DNA of 64,000 nucleotides from a virus: IMG/VR virus record IMGVR_UViG_3300050343_000216, positions 11,300 to 75,299 of that record; one strand, 5' to 3'. Shown piece by piece: positions 1 to 12,744 of this stretch (position 1 is its first letter; each line of letters starts with the position of its first letter). The notes under the pieces were generated by a model. It saw only the letters and a program-made list of their open reading frames with translations, ran no database searches and was not told where the DNA came from. The position numbers and the translations under genes were made by a program.

Positions 1-338
1 ACTGGACTGAGCAGATCGAAGTAAGTAAAGCATTGAAATCAATGGCTCAGGAGTATGAAGTACCCGTTTATAGCCCGTATCAAATAGATGCCACAGGGGA
101 AGCTCGCTTCGCCAAAGGTATTCTCGATGCAGCGGATGCTGCGTTCACAATTGATACTTGGAAAACAGAGGATGCCATTATGACATTTAACTGTACAAAG
201 ATGAGAAGTGGTAAGATGGGAACCTTCACTTCTTTTATGGACTGGGATACTCTAAAAATCGGCCCTGAGTCAGCACTTACACCAGATGAAAGGGAGGAAG
301 ACGCCCACAAAACTGGTGAAGAAATAAACGACATCTAA
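1..338 (+). CDS. DnaB-like replicative helicase, C-terminal end (5' truncated by window)
   Basis: SPYQID..GEARFAKGILDAADAAF..CTKMRSG, typical of the C-terminus of T5-like SF4 helicases; lies upstream of primase and polymerase. Confidence 0.75.
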   Translation, partial: WTEQIEVSKALKSMAQEYEVPVYSPYQIDATGEARFAKGILDAADAAFTIDTWKTEDAIMTFNCTKMRSGKMGTFTSFMDWDTLKIGPESALTPDEREEDAHKTGEEINDI

Positions 339-347
339 AAATAGTTC

Positions 348-376
348 TTGACACTCCTGCTGATTTTTGGTATAAT
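348..376 (+). promoter_or_regulatory. sigma70-type promoter
   Basis: TTGACA (348-353), 17 bp, TATAAT (371-376), with extended -10 TG; AGGAG RBS before ATG 404. Confidence 0.9.
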
Positions 377-403
377 ATATCTTCTATTGGCAGGAGTTTT
401 TTT

Positions 404-700
404 ATGGGAGTCATACATGGATCAATGCGTCACACTGTCTCAGGCAGAAAAAAGAAAGTTACTAGAAGAAAGACTGTACCTCACAAGACTGGGCATATCA
501 CTAACGTTAGCAGACTTGCGTACCGGAGAAGTACCCCCGAATACGTTTCTGTGGCAGAAACAACTGGAGTTGCCGCTAGAGTGGAAGCGCCACGTTACAC
601 GGGAACCCTTGTTAAAGGTATCGGAACCATGCACAAGTCAAACGCAATCCCAATCATTGACGAAGAACAAATGAAAGATTTAGCGAGGATGAGGAGATGA
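404..700 (+). CDS. hypothetical basic protein
   Basis: RBS and promoter upstream; GIGTMHKSNAIP motif; ATGA overlap with the next gene. Confidence 0.7.
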   Translation: MGVIHGSMRHTVSGRKKKVTRRKTVPHKTGHITNVSRLAYRRSTPEYVSVAETTGVAARVEAPRYTGTLVKGIGTMHKSNAIPIIDEEQMKDLARMRR

Positions 701-1032
701 AAACAGTAGGATTTTGGGTATATGATTTATACAAGTTTTTCTTCGACCTAAAGATTAATCCGTTACGTCATATACCAAATGCATTTACGCAGTTTATTTT
801 AATGTTTTATTTATCTGTTATGTGGACTGCCGTGTTTACAATATATGCGGGTCAGACTATATATTTCGGATTAGGAAGTACAGCAGCACATCTACTTGTA
901 GTAGGTGCTTTTTTTGTTACAGCACTTATATTCGAAGATGCAGAAAAGAATGGTCATCTATGGGTAAAAAGAGATAAGACTCTTAAAGTGGAAGATCGTA
1001 GATGTGTGTGGGACTTGGAGAAGGAAGGATGA
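697..1032 (+). CDS. hypothetical two-TM membrane protein
   Basis: RBS GAGGAG; two hydrophobic segments after NPLRHIP. Confidence 0.7.
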   Translation: MKTVGFWVYDLYKFFFDLKINPLRHIPNAFTQFILMFYLSVMWTAVFTIYAGQTIYFGLGSTAAHLLVVGAFFVTALIFEDAEKNGHLWVKRDKTLKVEDRRCVWDLEKEG

Positions 1033-1298
1033 GTCTTTCTCCCAGGGTAGAAGTAAAAGTTGGCCCTTTATTTGATATACTAGAAGGAGCAATGGCTGAG
1101 GAAAATATAGACTTAGCAAAAACAATGATTGATCGTATTAGTATATATTTTCATCTACTAGACGATGAGCATGTAGACTATTATCAGGCGTGCCAGCACG
1201 CTATTGAAGATGACACCGTTCATTATTTTTCAAAAGAAGATGATTATAATGAACCTACCGAATATGATGAATGGCAAGATTTTGATCAGGGCTGCTAG
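1029..1298 (+). CDS. hypothetical acidic protein
   Basis: AAGGAAGG RBS then ATG overlapping the upstream stop; abuts the primase start. Confidence 0.6.
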   Translation: MSLSPRVEVKVGPLFDILEGAMAEENIDLAKTMIDRISIYFHLLDDEHVDYYQACQHAIEDDTVHYFSKEDDYNEPTEYDEWQDFDQGC

Positions 1299-2125
1299 TG
1301 AACGTAGAAGAATTATTACAATCTAAACAAGTTGAGTATATACCGAAGGGCAAAGACTATGTAGTATCGTGTCTAAGTCCTGAGCATGATGATACTAATC
1401 CCAGTATGAGAGTAGATCAAATTACTGGGATCTTTCACTGTTTCTCTTGTGGTTACAAGGGGAATTTGTTTGTGCATTTTGGAGAAAGGGCAAGTTTTCT
1501 ACACTTACGCAGGGAACTTCTAAAGAAAAAAATTCGTGAAAAGAGAGCTGAAAGTGTGGGCTTGCCCTTTCCTCAAAGTGCATTACCTTATGTAGGAAAC
1601 TGGAGAAATATAAAGCCAGAGACTTATCGTAAGTTTGAAGTTTTTCAGGATCATGACGCCTTTGTTGGTAGAATAGTATTTCCTGTTCGTGATATTTCTG
1701 GAAAAATTGTAGCATTTAATGCAAGACATATGACAGGAGGTACTCCAAAGTACCTTATTAGCCCTCCTGGGGCACGAATGCCTCTGTATCCTGCTAAAGT
1801 AGAGCCGATACAGGGCAGTGTTATTCTCGTAGAAGGAATCTACGATATGGTAAATCTGCATGATAAAGGGTTAACAAATGCAGTATGTTGTTTTGGCACA
1901 AGGAATATTAATGAAGATAAGCTATCTATTCTTAGACTACAAGGAGTAGAGCGCGCAGTGATCTTCTTTGACGGTGATGAAGCAGGACAGTCCGCCGCTG
2001 TAAATGTAAAGGATATGTGTGAGCGAATAGACTTACTAACAGTAAATGTAAATATTCCTGATACAGACCCAGGAGGACTAACAGAAGCACAGGTAGATAA
2101 ACTAAAGAAAAAACTATACGCATAG
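1298..2125 (+). CDS. DNA primase (zinc finger plus TOPRIM)
   Basis: C..H..D..PS..FHCFSCG zinc finger; ILVEGIYD and FFDGDEAG TOPRIM motifs. Confidence 0.95.
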   Translation: MNVEELLQSKQVEYIPKGKDYVVSCLSPEHDDTNPSMRVDQITGIFHCFSCGYKGNLFVHFGERASFLHLRRELLKKKIREKRAESVGLPFPQSALPYVGNWRNIKPETYRKFEVFQDHDAFVGRIVFPVRDISGKIVAFNARHMTGGTPKYLISPPGARMPLYPAKVEPIQGSVILVEGIYDMVNLHDKGLTNAVCCFGTRNINEDKLSILRLQGVERAVIFFDGDEAGQSAAVNVKDMCERIDLLTVNVNIPDTDPGGLTEAQVDKLKKKLYA

Positions 2126-2135
2126 GAGTATGTAC

Positions 2136-4418
2136 ATGACGAGCCCAAGGGTTGCTCTAATAGAAACCAAACCAAGCAGAACCAACTTTAAAACAGAATT
2201 TGACCACGCTTTTGACTTTGACCAGTATCAGTTATGTTCTGATCCTACTCTTAAAAAAGTACTCAAGCGAGACTGCGATATTCAGATATGAACCCAGACT
2301 GTATGACTGGATTATTCTTAGTAGGCTCTGACGCTATGAAGTATTACACTAAAATTACTTCTGTTACAGAGTACTCAGGCAAAAAAGTAGAAAGCAAGTA
2401 CTTACCTAGTAATCAATCCAGCTATGCTGGCATTTAAGCCAGAAGCTAAAGAATACTTGGGAGTCTTCAAAAGAAAGTATTCATTGGGTACATCAAAGGC
2501 GAAATCGAAGAGGTAGTATTATAGATGATAGTATTGCATTCGGTATTCAAGATACGGAGGAAGCAAATGAATTTATTCGGGCTGCAATCGCAGACATGAA
2601 TGTAAGTATATTGCATTCGATTCTGAGACTACTGGACTCTACCCTCGTGATGGGTATATGCTTGGTATCTCTTTCTTATGAATAAAAGGCGCTTACATTG
2701 ATACAGATTGTTTTGATGCGAGAACTGAACAACTGCTACAACAATTGTTTGATGAAAAGACAGTAGTATTTCACAATGCAAAGTTTGATATGGCATTCTT
2801 TGAGTACCACTTTAACTTTAAGTTTCCAAACTTTGAAGACACCATGTTGCTCCATTACCTCATAGACGAGAATCCTGGAGGGCACGGTCTCAAAGCAGTT
2901 ACTTTCTTTAAAGTTTACTCCTTATGGAGATTACGAAAAGCCAATGTATGATTGGATTGACCAGTACAGAAAAGAAACTGGGTATTTTGAAGGGAGACTT
3001 TCAATGGGAGTCAATTCCTTTTGATGTAATGAAAACATATGCAGCTATGGATGCTTTATGTACTTTTTCTTAATTTACGAGAAGTTTGTAAAAATCAAGC
3101 AAAACAAAAACTGGCTTGGGTATACGATAATATTCTTATTCCAGGAACTAGATTTCTAACAGATACACAAGATAATGGTGTGCCTTTCGATAGAATACGT
3201 TTTAAAAGTCTCAAGTGCTAATGCAGCATGATATCGATGAAGCTATTGAAACTATATGAAAATCGAAAAATACGGAAGTTTGAAGAGATAAAAATGGAAG
3301 GACTTTTAATCCGAATAGTACTGTGCAACTTCGTAAGCTTGTTATTTGATATGCTTCGGACTTCAACCTACTGGCAAAAAGACAGGTACAGGTGCAGACT
3401 CTACAGATGCGGAAGTGCTGAAAGAGCTCTCAGTTCAGAATGTACCGAAACTCATTCTGGATATTCGTCAAAAATCTAAGATTAAGAATACTTATCTTGA
3501 TAAGATTATACCTCAACTGGATCGAGATTCTAGCGTTTAAGGACAAACTTTAATCTGCATGGTACTACTTCTGGACGTCTTATCTAGTGGTAAGTTAAAT
3601 ATGCAGCAGTTGCCTCGAGAGACAATCCTATTGTAAAAGGATGTATTAAAGCAGCAGAAGGTCATAAAATTGTTGCAATGGATTTAACTACAGCAGAGGT
3701 ATATGTTGCTGCAAAACTTGCGAACGATGAAGCACTGATGAATGTATTTCGTAGCGGTGGTAACTTTCACAGTACGATTGCGAACAACAGTATTCAAACT
3801 TCCTTGCGATGTAGAGAGAAGTCGCAGAGCTATACTCCGACACAACGTCAAGCTGCAAAAGCAGTAACATTTGGTATTATGTATGGCGCTGGGCCGAAAA
3901 GATTAGTGAACAAGTTACTAAAGATTCTGGAACCTACTTTAGCCAGCAAGAGGCAAAAGAAGTTATTGATGACTATTTTAAGTCTTTCCACAAACTAAAA
4001 AGTGGATTGATGATAATCAGAAGTTTATTGAACAAAATGGGTTTATATATAGTTTCTTTGGCCGTAAAAGGAGATTACCTAATGTTCAAAGACCGACGCA
4101 GGCATCAAGAGTCATAGCATTCGTTCTGGTCTTAATTTTTTGGTTCAGTCTGCTGCTTCTGATATCAACCTTCTAGGAGCTATTGATATGGGAGAGTTTA
4201 TAAAGTCTCAAGGCATGAAGGCAAGAATCTTTGCACTTGTACATGACTCAATCCTTGCAGAAGTACCAGACGACGAGATAGACTTTTATTCAGAAGTTTT
4301 GGAAAAGTTTATACAATTAGACAGAGGAATCTCTATATCAGGCGCTCCAGTAGGGTGTGACTTTGAAGTTGGAGAGGACTACTCTATGGGTAAGTTTGAA
4401 AAAATGTATGAACAGTGA
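2136..4418 (+). CDS. family A DNA polymerase, T5-like (multiple apparent frameshifts)
   Basis: Fragments in several frames: FHNAKFD (3'-5' exonuclease), DLTTAEV (motif A), RQAAKAVTFGIMYG (motif B), LVHDS (motif C). Confidence 0.92.
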
Positions 4419-4912
4419 TAATTACGTACAGAGAAATAAAGAAAATCAAGTTTCCAGTCTTTATTCTCCCCAATAGTAATTGGGAGAGTGTAGATGGTAT
4501 ATTATTTCTAGATAATGAAGTAGTTGACGATAAAAATATGCCCGGACTAAGTCTGGGTATACGTCGATTACAAACCCCTTTTACAGAGCTGTTAGCCCTT
4601 AAACACTCTATAGATTCGCTAATTGGAATATTAAAGCAGACGAATAAAAAATGTTTCATTGATAGTAATGGTACTCCTTTTATTTATCAAAAAACAATTA
4701 ATGCTGCATTAAAATATTATAAAATACGAAAGATAGAGTTAAAGGGAGTAGCTTCTGTTATATGGTTAAAGGATATTAATTTTCCTTTTACCGTACCAAG
4801 ACCTCCTGCTCAAGAAATGACTTGGGCAGGAGTCTTACACATCGGCGGATTGCCTTGGTTATTATATGAGTACTCCGAAGAAAAACTAAAGGACACTCGA
4901 AGAAAAGTATAA
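4415..4912 (+). CDS. conserved T5-like hypothetical protein downstream of the polymerase
   Basis: Intact 165 aa ORF; VDD.N..G..LG.RRLQ and DT.RKV end; synteny with T5. Confidence 0.7.
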   Translation: MIITYREIKKIKFPVFILPNSNWESVDGILFLDNEVVDDKNMPGLSLGIRRLQTPFTELLALKHSIDSLIGILKQTNKKCFIDSNGTPFIYQKTINAALKYYKIRKIELKGVASVIWLKDINFPFTVPRPPAQEMTWAGVLHIGGLPWLLYEYSEEKLKDTRRKV

Positions 4913-4918
4913 AATTAT

Positions 4919-5578
4919 ATGGCTAGAAAAAGAAAGACTCTTGCGGGAGCAAACTTAGATTTACAAGAGATCGAACCACTTACTAAAAATCAAGTAGTGG
5001 CTTTCGAAAGTACTAAAAACCTAATGCTGCACGGAGTAGCAGGAACTGGAAAAACGTTTATATCTTCTTACTTAGCGTTCGATGATATGACCAAAGGTTT
5101 ATACGAAAAACTAGTAATTATAAGAAGTGCTGTACCTACTAGGGACATAGGATTCTTACCTGGAAATGAAAAAGAGAAGGCTTCAGTCTATGAAGAACCT
5201 TACAAAGATATTTGTATCGAACTTTTCCAGCGAGGAGACGCATACGAGATACTCAAAACAAAAGGATTAGTACATTTTATGACTACTTCTTTTATTCGTG
5301 GAGTTACATTGCGAAATGCAATAATTCTAATTGATGAGTGTCAAAACATGAGTTTTCACGAACTAGACTCTATTATCACTAGAATGGGTCAAGGGTGTAG
5401 AGTTATCTTTTGTGGTGACTTTCGCCAAGCAGATTTAGCAAAAAATGGTTTGAAAGACTTTGTACGAGTCTTGAAAGCTATGGACGTATTTGATTTTATT
5501 GACTTCGATATAAAAGATATTGTACGAAGTGAGTTTGTCAAACAATATATAACCGCAAAAACAGATTTAGGATTATGA
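4919..5578 (+). CDS. phoH: PhoH family ATPase
   Basis: GVAGTGKT Walker A, IGFLPG, FIRGVT, IDECQN, GDFRQ.D, IVRS motifs. Confidence 0.93.
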   Translation: MARKRKTLAGANLDLQEIEPLTKNQVVAFESTKNLMLHGVAGTGKTFISSYLAFDDMTKGLYEKLVIIRSAVPTRDIGFLPGNEKEKASVYEEPYKDICIELFQRGDAYEILKTKGLVHFMTTSFIRGVTLRNAIILIDECQNMSFHELDSIITRMGQGCRVIFCGDFRQADLAKNGLKDFVRVLKAMDVFDFIDFDIKDIVRSEFVKQYITAKTDLGL

Positions 5579-5643
5579 AATTTAGTCAAAGATTGGATAT
5601 AGCAATTATACTGTTATTACTAGTATATGTTATCATATTATGA
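5575..5643 (+). CDS. 22 aa hydrophobic peptide
   Basis: MKFSQRLDIAIILLLLVYVIIL with ATGA overlaps at both ends. Confidence 0.4.
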   Translation: MKFSQRLDIAIILLLLVYVIIL

Positions 5644-6705
5644 AAGCTGTAATAAGTAACAGGATTTATTTAGAAGTAACGAGAGAATATAAAGAGTTTT
5701 TAAGTAAAGAACTCACATACAAAATTCCCTCGCCTAACCCTAAAGATCCACCTATTGTTATTAAAAATATGGCACGAGTTCGAGAGGACTTGGTTACTAT
5801 TCCTATTGGAAGAGTAGATTTAATCCCAGATGATTATGAAGTTGTCGATAGACGAATAAACAAGCCTGAAGAGTTTCCAGAATTTAAGTTTGAATTACGA
5901 CAAAGCCAACAGGATGTTTATAACGAGCTTGAAGACAACTGCATAATAAACGCATGGGTAAGTTGGGGTAAGACTTTTACGGGGTTGGCGATAGCCGGAA
6001 AACTCGGACAAAAAACACTTGTAATTGTGCACACAGTTCCTTTACGGAATCAGTGGGCAAAAGAAGTGGAGAAAGTCTATGGAATTACACCAGGCATCAT
6101 AGGCAGCGGAAAGTTTGATCTTGACGCTCCTATTGTGATTGGGAATACCCAGAGTTTATACCGTAATATTCAGAAGATTAGAAAAGAATTTGGAACAATT
6201 ATATTGGATGAAATGCATCATGTGAGTAGTCCAACTTTTTCCAAAGTTATCGACACAAACTATGCACGCTATAAGATCGGACTGTCAGGAACGATAGAAA
6301 GAAAAGATGGCAAGCATGTAGTATTTCGGGACTATTTTGGCAGTAAGGTATTTAAACCGCCAAAAGAAAACTTTATGACGCCAAAAGTAGATATTGTAAA
6401 GTCCGAAATACGATTTATGGACGGAGCAAGAATACCTTGGGCAAATCGTGTAACAGCTCTAGCGAACAACGAAGAGTACCGTCACACAGTAGCGATGCTT
6501 GCAGCATTTTACGCCGCTCAAGGGCATAAGGTGTTGGTAGTATCTGATCGAGTGCACTTTCTACAACACTGTGCTGAATTGGTCGGAGAAAAAGCAATTT
6601 GTGTTACGGGTGAGGTTCCGCATGAGCAAAGAGAAACGCTTATAGATGAGATAAATCATGGCACAAAAGAAATTTTATTCGGAACTCAAGCAATATTTAG
6701 TGAAG
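5640..6705 (+). CDS. SF2 helicase, T5 D10-like (C-terminus missing)
   Basis: WGKT, LDEMHH, GLSGT motifs; breaks off after GTQAIFSE and runs into the next gene. Confidence 0.88.
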
Positions 6706-6713
6706 AAAACAAA

Positions 6714-7308
6714 ATGGCATTAAGCTTTAACAAATCAAAGGGTTCCGCTCAAAAATCAAGTTCGTCTCGTAGGCGACATTCTCGCTCGATACGTTATTGG
6801 ATTAAAGGTGAGAATGATAAGAACATTCCTTTGGAGTGTCTTTCTTTTGACCGTAACAAAGAAGAGCTTTTAACAATCTAGAGAAAGATTGGGTTCGTGA
6901 ATACTATCCCGATCTTAAGTGTGGCTGGAGCTACGCTATGCAGTGCATTGACAATGGCGAAGTAAAAGTTGTAAACCTCAAGAAGAAGTTGTGGGAGCAA
7001 ATCTTACTGCTGCAGAAGATTTAGGCGATCCTACTGATCCTGAAACAGGCTGGGATGTTATGTTCAAGCGTGTAAAGACTGGCCCTCTGCCCTACAATGT
7101 AGAGTATCAGTTACAAGTATTAAAGTGCAAGCCTCGTGCTTTAGACGATGACGAGAGCTGCTGTTGCAGAAGCTCTGAAGTCTATGGATGATGTTATGCC
7201 TCGTCCTACTCCAGATGCTCAAAAAGAGCTTCTTGATCGTGTTCGTGAAGAGATACGGGTGAAATTGACGATTGACGAAAGCATTGAAGATGAGTTCAAG
7301 ATTCATGA
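6714..7308 (+). CDS. T5 D11-like protein (putative ssDNA-binding), fragmented
   Basis: MALSFNKSKGSAQKS start; LGDPTDPETGWDV.FKRVKTGP.PYNVEYQLQ. Confidence 0.75.
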
Positions 7309-8262
7309 TTTTATTTACGGCAGACTGGCACATAAAGCTAGGACAAAAGAATGTCCACGAGAGTGGGCATTAAACCGTACAATGCGTTATTTTTTGAGCA
7401 GATACATACTCTCTCGAAAAGCAGTGCAATATGCACATTATTGGTGGAGATCTTTTTGACCGTCTGCCGAACATGGAAGAGTTGGAGCTTTACTTTTCGT
7501 TTATTCGGAAGTAAAGATTCCAACTATTATCTATGACGGTAATCATGAAGCTACAAAGAAAGAACAAAACTTTTTTACTCAGTTAAAGCAAGTTTCTAGA
7601 GATATTAACCCTTTAGTACATATAGTAGATATTTCGTATATAGATAAAGACTTAGGGTTTGGTATATTGCCCTATGCAGATCTTACATAGAAAGGATAGT
7701 ATTGAAAGTTTGAATAAAAGCAAGCCTTTGTTTACTCATGTTCGAGGAGAGATACCTCCCTCATGTAAAGCCAGAGGTAGACTTAGACAGATTTGAGGAT
7801 TTTCCAGTAGTATTTGCAGGTGATCTACATGCTCATAGCAATACTCAAAGAAATATTGTATACCCAGGTAGTCCTATGACAACTTCGTTTCATAGAAAAG
7901 AAGTCTCAGACAGGGTACCTTTTAATTAATCCAACTGATTGGAGCTTGGATGTGGGATGCTTTTGAACTTGCCCCAGCTTATACGAAAAACTGTTCAATC
8001 TCCAGAAGATATGATTCCTACAGATTATCATCATACTATCTATGAGATAGAAGGTGATATACAAGAGCTGGCAAATGTAGAAGAACTCAGAATTACTGGA
8101 TAAAAAAGTAATAAAACGAAAGTCAGAAGCAACTCTTAGTAATGGATAAAGAGATGACATTCAAGAAGAGCTAGTAGAGTACTTAACCTATATCTTAGAA
8201 TACCAGAAGTACAAATACCAGAATATAGTAGGGACTATTTAATGATTACGCTCAAAAATTGA
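7305..8262 (+). CDS. SbcD/Mre11-like nuclease, T5 D12-like, frameshifted
   Basis: MILFTADWHIKLGQKNVP, GGDLFD, GNHE, AGDLH, YPGSP metallophosphoesterase motifs. Confidence 0.88.
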
Positions 8263-9719
8263 AATGGAGTAACTGTTTTAGCTACGGGCCCGATAATGAG
8301 CTGGATTTAAGAGTAATACAGTAACTCAAATAATTGGTACTAACGGTATGGGGAAGTCCTCCATACCGTTAATTATTGAAGAAGTTTTTACAACAAGAAC
8401 TCAAAAGGTATTAAAAAAGCAGATATACCAAACCGGTATGTAAATAATGGATATAATATCACCTAGAGTTTACAAAAGACGGAAATAAATATGAGTTATT
8501 ATTGATAGAAAGTCTAATATTAAAGTGCAGATTAGAGAAGAATGGAGAAGATATCTCTAGTCATACAGCGACAAATACTTATAAAACTTGCAAGAATTAT
8601 TGGTATTGACTTCAAAACCTTCTCTCAGTTAGTATATCAAAATACAAATGCAAGTTTACAGTTTCTTAACTGCTACAGATACTAACAGTAAAAAGTTTCT
8701 GATAGATCTTGTTGCACTTAGATGCTTATGTAAATTTATTTGAAGTATTTAAAGAGGCTTCTCAAAAGAGTCTTCTCGTTGAATTGCTGCGTAATACGTT
8801 CGGAAATTGCAACTATTGAAAAGTGGTTGTCAAACGATAACAAATTGAAAGATACTCCATACTTCCTCTGTTGGATTTAGAAATCGATACGGAAGAAGAT
8901 GAGAAGTCTTTCCGTTCTTTATCAGTAGAAATTAAAAATATCTCCGAAAAAAATAAAAAAATTATACAAAATAATCAGTAGCAAAGAGACTGGGAGGAGC
9001 TTTACAGAAGCATTAATAGAGATCTGCCAATGGCCAGCTTGGATAAAGGAGAGCTCGAAGAGCGCCTGGCAGGAGTACGAGCTGAGTTGGTTTCGATGCA
9101 AAAGTCTGTGGCGGAAGCAGCAGCGGAAAATGAAAGAAGAACGAAGCAAAACACAAGAATCCAAGTAATACAAGAACAAACAGATAGTTTTATTTCACAG
9201 TTAGAAGAAGCACAAGAGTCTTTAGATAAAGTAGAAAGTGTATATTCTAACTTGGAAGTGTTAAAGAAAGCATTTAGCACAAACGGCTTAATTGCTTACA
9301 AGATCGAAAATCTAGTAAAGGAACTCGAAGAATTAGTAAACACTTATCTTGGAGAACTTTCAGACGGGCGTTTTACCCTTGAATTTGTTGTAAGTAATGA
9401 TAAGCTAAACGTGCAAATAACAGACAATGGAAACATTGTCGATATTCTTGCTCTTTCTTCTGGAGAGTTGGCAAGAGTAAACACCGCTACTCTTATAGCT
9501 ATTCGTAAGCTAATGAGTAGTATTTCTAAGTCACGAATCAATATTCTTTTCTTAGATGAAGTCATAAACGTACTCGATGAGACAGGTAGAGAAAAGCTAG
9601 TAGAAGTTTTACTAGGCGAAGAGAATCTAAATACCTATGTAGTCAGTCACGGTTGGACTCATCCTTTGCTTGAGAAGATTGAAGTAGTAAAGCGAGAAAA
9701 TGTGGTTGAGATAGATTAG
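8242..9719 (+). CDS. SbcC/Rad50-like ATPase, T5 D13-like, frameshifted with internal deletion
   Basis: G.NG.GKSS Walker A; LSSGE signature, FLDEV Walker B, VSH. Confidence 0.88.
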
Positions 9720-10160
9720 AGCAAAAGGTGCTAGAGGTGAGTATCTAGTAAGAGATATGTTACGAGAGAGCACCGACTGGTTTCAGTTTGAGAGAGTGCC
9801 TAATCTCAGGAGCTCTTGAATACTTAAAAGGGGACTTATATGTACCTCATGAGAAAGAATAGATTTTGTATAGAAGTAAAAAACTATGAAAGTCTCCTCT
9901 TCAGATAAAATATTTACAGCAAAAAAGACAAATAATCTAATAACTTGGTGGAAAAAACTTATTACAACAAGCAAAGGCGGAATCAAGAGCCCTTATTATT
10001 TTTCAAGTATAATCGATCCCCAGTATTTGTAGTTACAAATCTAGCCTGAAGATACATCTTGTAAATAGTGGATGTTATACAATTTTTAGACTGTTATGTA
10101 TTACTAGCAGAAGACTTGGTTAAAGAATGAAAAGTGGAGTTTTTAAATGGCATTTAATTT
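9700..10160 (+). CDS. T5 D14-like nuclease/resolvase, frameshifted
   Basis: RAKGARGE, FERVP.SGA, KGDLY, IEVKNY fragments; synteny. Confidence 0.7.
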
Positions 10161-10975
10161 AACAGAAAGAAATTATAAATCCAAGTGTCCCAAACCACTC
10201 TTATAGTAGATGCTTTAAACCTAGCGTTTCGATGGAAGCATCAAGGACGTACAGATTTTCGATATGACTATCAACGAACTGTAGAGTCCTTAGCAAAATC
10301 TTATGATTGTAAGAAATTATTATTACAGCAGACTGGGGCTCTTCTTCTTATAGAAAAGGCATAAGCCCTGAATATAAACAGAATAGAAAAGAAAAGTTCG
10401 CAGACCAACAGAAGAAGAAAAATTGCTTTTGAAGAGTTCTTTGAAGAGTATGAAGCCTCCCTAGAAGTACTAGAAGAAGAAGGATACCCCATACTTAGAT
10501 ATAAGGAGTAGAGGCAGACGATATTGCAGCACACTTAGTAAAAGAAAAGAAAAGTATGGATTAGAGTATATTTGGCTTATTTCTAGTGACCGAGACTGGG
10601 ATCTTACTTAATACAAGAAAATGTAGGCCGATTTTCTTATGTAACGAGGAAGGAAGTTACGCTTAGATAACTGGTCAGACACACTATGAATGTTACTCCA
10701 GAAGAGTATATATCTTTAAAATGTCTTACAGGAGATAAAGGAGATAATGTTCCAGGTATTCCTGGTATTGGCCCAAAAAGAGCGTAGATTTAATTAAACA
10801 GTATGGAGATGCGTTGATATTTATGATGCTTGCCCATACCTAGCAAGTATAAGTATATTCAAGCGTTGAATGAAAATGCAGAACAGATACTTACAGAACT
10901 ACGAATTGATGGATTTAATAACATATTGTGATGATGCAATAGGAGCTGATAATATTCAGATATAAGGAGATTAAA
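10147..10975 (+). CDS. flap endonuclease / 5'-3' exonuclease, T5 D15-like, frameshifted
   Basis: IVDALNLAFRWKH, EADDIAA, ISSDRDWD, LTGDKGDNVPGIPGIGPK. Confidence 0.9.
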
Positions 10976-12740
10976 TGCAGAAATTAGATTATAAAAGAGA
11001 TCGCTATCTATCAGAGTTTAGTATAAAAACTCTACAAGATAGATATTTGTAGACGGGGAAGGTTCCCCACAGAAGCCTTTGCAAGAGCAGCAAAAGCTTT
11101 TGCAGATGATGATGCACACGCACAAAGATTATATGACTATGCTAGTAAGCTATGGTTTATGTTTTCTACTCCTATTTTCTCGAATGGTGGAACTAACTCG
11201 TGGCCTACCTATTAGTTGTTTTCTTAACTATGTAGATGATAGCAGAGAAGGTATTACAGCCACTACACAGAAAATGCTTTTCTTTCTTCTGTTGGGGGGG
11301 GTCGGTGGATGTTGGCGATATACGTTCGGAGTGTAGGCTCGAAAACGAGCAATGGCTCCGAAAGTACTGGAGTAATTCCTTTCTGAAAGTAGTAGATGCA
11401 GAGATGCTTGCATTCTCTCAGGGTGTAACTCGAAGAGGAAGCTATGCAGCATATCTTGATATGATCTCATCCCGAAATTGAAGAGTTTTTGGATGTTCGT
11501 AAGCCTACTGGTGGAGATATTAATCGAAAAGTCTACTAATCTTCATCATGGCGTTGTTATTTCAGATGATTTTATGGAACTTATTGAAAACGCAACAAAG
11601 ATAGAAGGATTTGATGATAGTTGGGATCTTATTGATCCGCACTCAGGAGAAGTTAACTAAAACTGTATCAGCAAAAACACTTTGGGTAAAACTTATACAA
11701 AATCGTGTTGAAACTGGCGAACCTTACATTATGTTTAAAGATACTGTACAAGAAGCTCTACCTGAGTGTCAAAAAGACCTAGGCTTACAAGTACATCACT
11801 CTAATCTTATGTAGTGAGATTACTCTTCCTACAGACAAAGACCGAACAGCAGTATGTTGTTTATCTAGTGTAAATTTAGAAGAGTATGATGAGTGGAAAA
11901 ATGATGATACATTTTATTCCTGATCTAGTTCGAATGCTTGACAATGTATTACTCATTTTATTAACAACGCTCCAGATGAGCTTCAGAAAGCTAGTTATAG
12001 TGCAGATGAGAGAAAGAAGTATTGGCTTAGGTGCAATGGGGTTTCATGCCTACTTACAACGACACAACATTCCGTTTGAATCGGCAATGGCGAAAGGACG
12101 AAATATGGCTATGTTCTGGCACATTAAATCGGAGGCAGAAACTGCAACTCGACAGCTTGCTGGAGCGAGGAGAATGCCCTGATGCAGAAGGTATGGTATG
12201 CGTAACGCTCATCTGTTGGCTGTTGCTCCTAATGCTTCTTCTAGTATTATCTGTGGCAACACTAGTCCTAGTATTGAGCCTTACCGTGCTAATGCATACA
12301 CAAAAAACTAAAAGCGGTCCTCTTTACAAAAGAACGAGTATCTTGGAAGATATTCTCCGAGATCTAGGTATGGATACTGATGAAGTATGGAAGAGTATTG
12401 TTACAAACGGCGGATCAGTACAACATCTTAGATTTCCTAGATGATTGGACAAAAGATGTATTTAAAACAGCAGTAGAGATTGACCAGAGATGGGTTATTG
12501 AATGGCAGCAGATAGACAAGAACATATTTGCCAAAGTCAGTCTTTAAATGTCTTTTTCCCAGCAAATGTATCAAAGCAAGAACTTCACGCTATTCATATG
12601 ATGGCCTGGAAAAAGAAAGTAAAAACTTTATACTATCTACGAAGCGAAGCGTATAAGAGAGCAGAAACAGTATCGGACGAAGCACTACGACAGCGTATTT
12701 TTGATTCTATATGACGAAATGAATGTCTAGCTTGTTAGAA
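10975..12740 (+). CDS. nrdA: ribonucleotide reductase class Ia alpha subunit, frameshifted
   Basis: GLPISCF, SQGVTRRGSYAAY, ETGEPY, SNLC.E, VCCLSS, VAPNASSS, CQSQS, KTLYYLRS. Confidence 0.92.
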
Positions 12741-12744
12741 ATTT

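Noticed and set aside
5640-6881. Apparent helicase-D11 fusion ORF
   Set aside because: Helicase C-terminal motifs and part of D11 are missing; this is a deletion junction, probably artefactual
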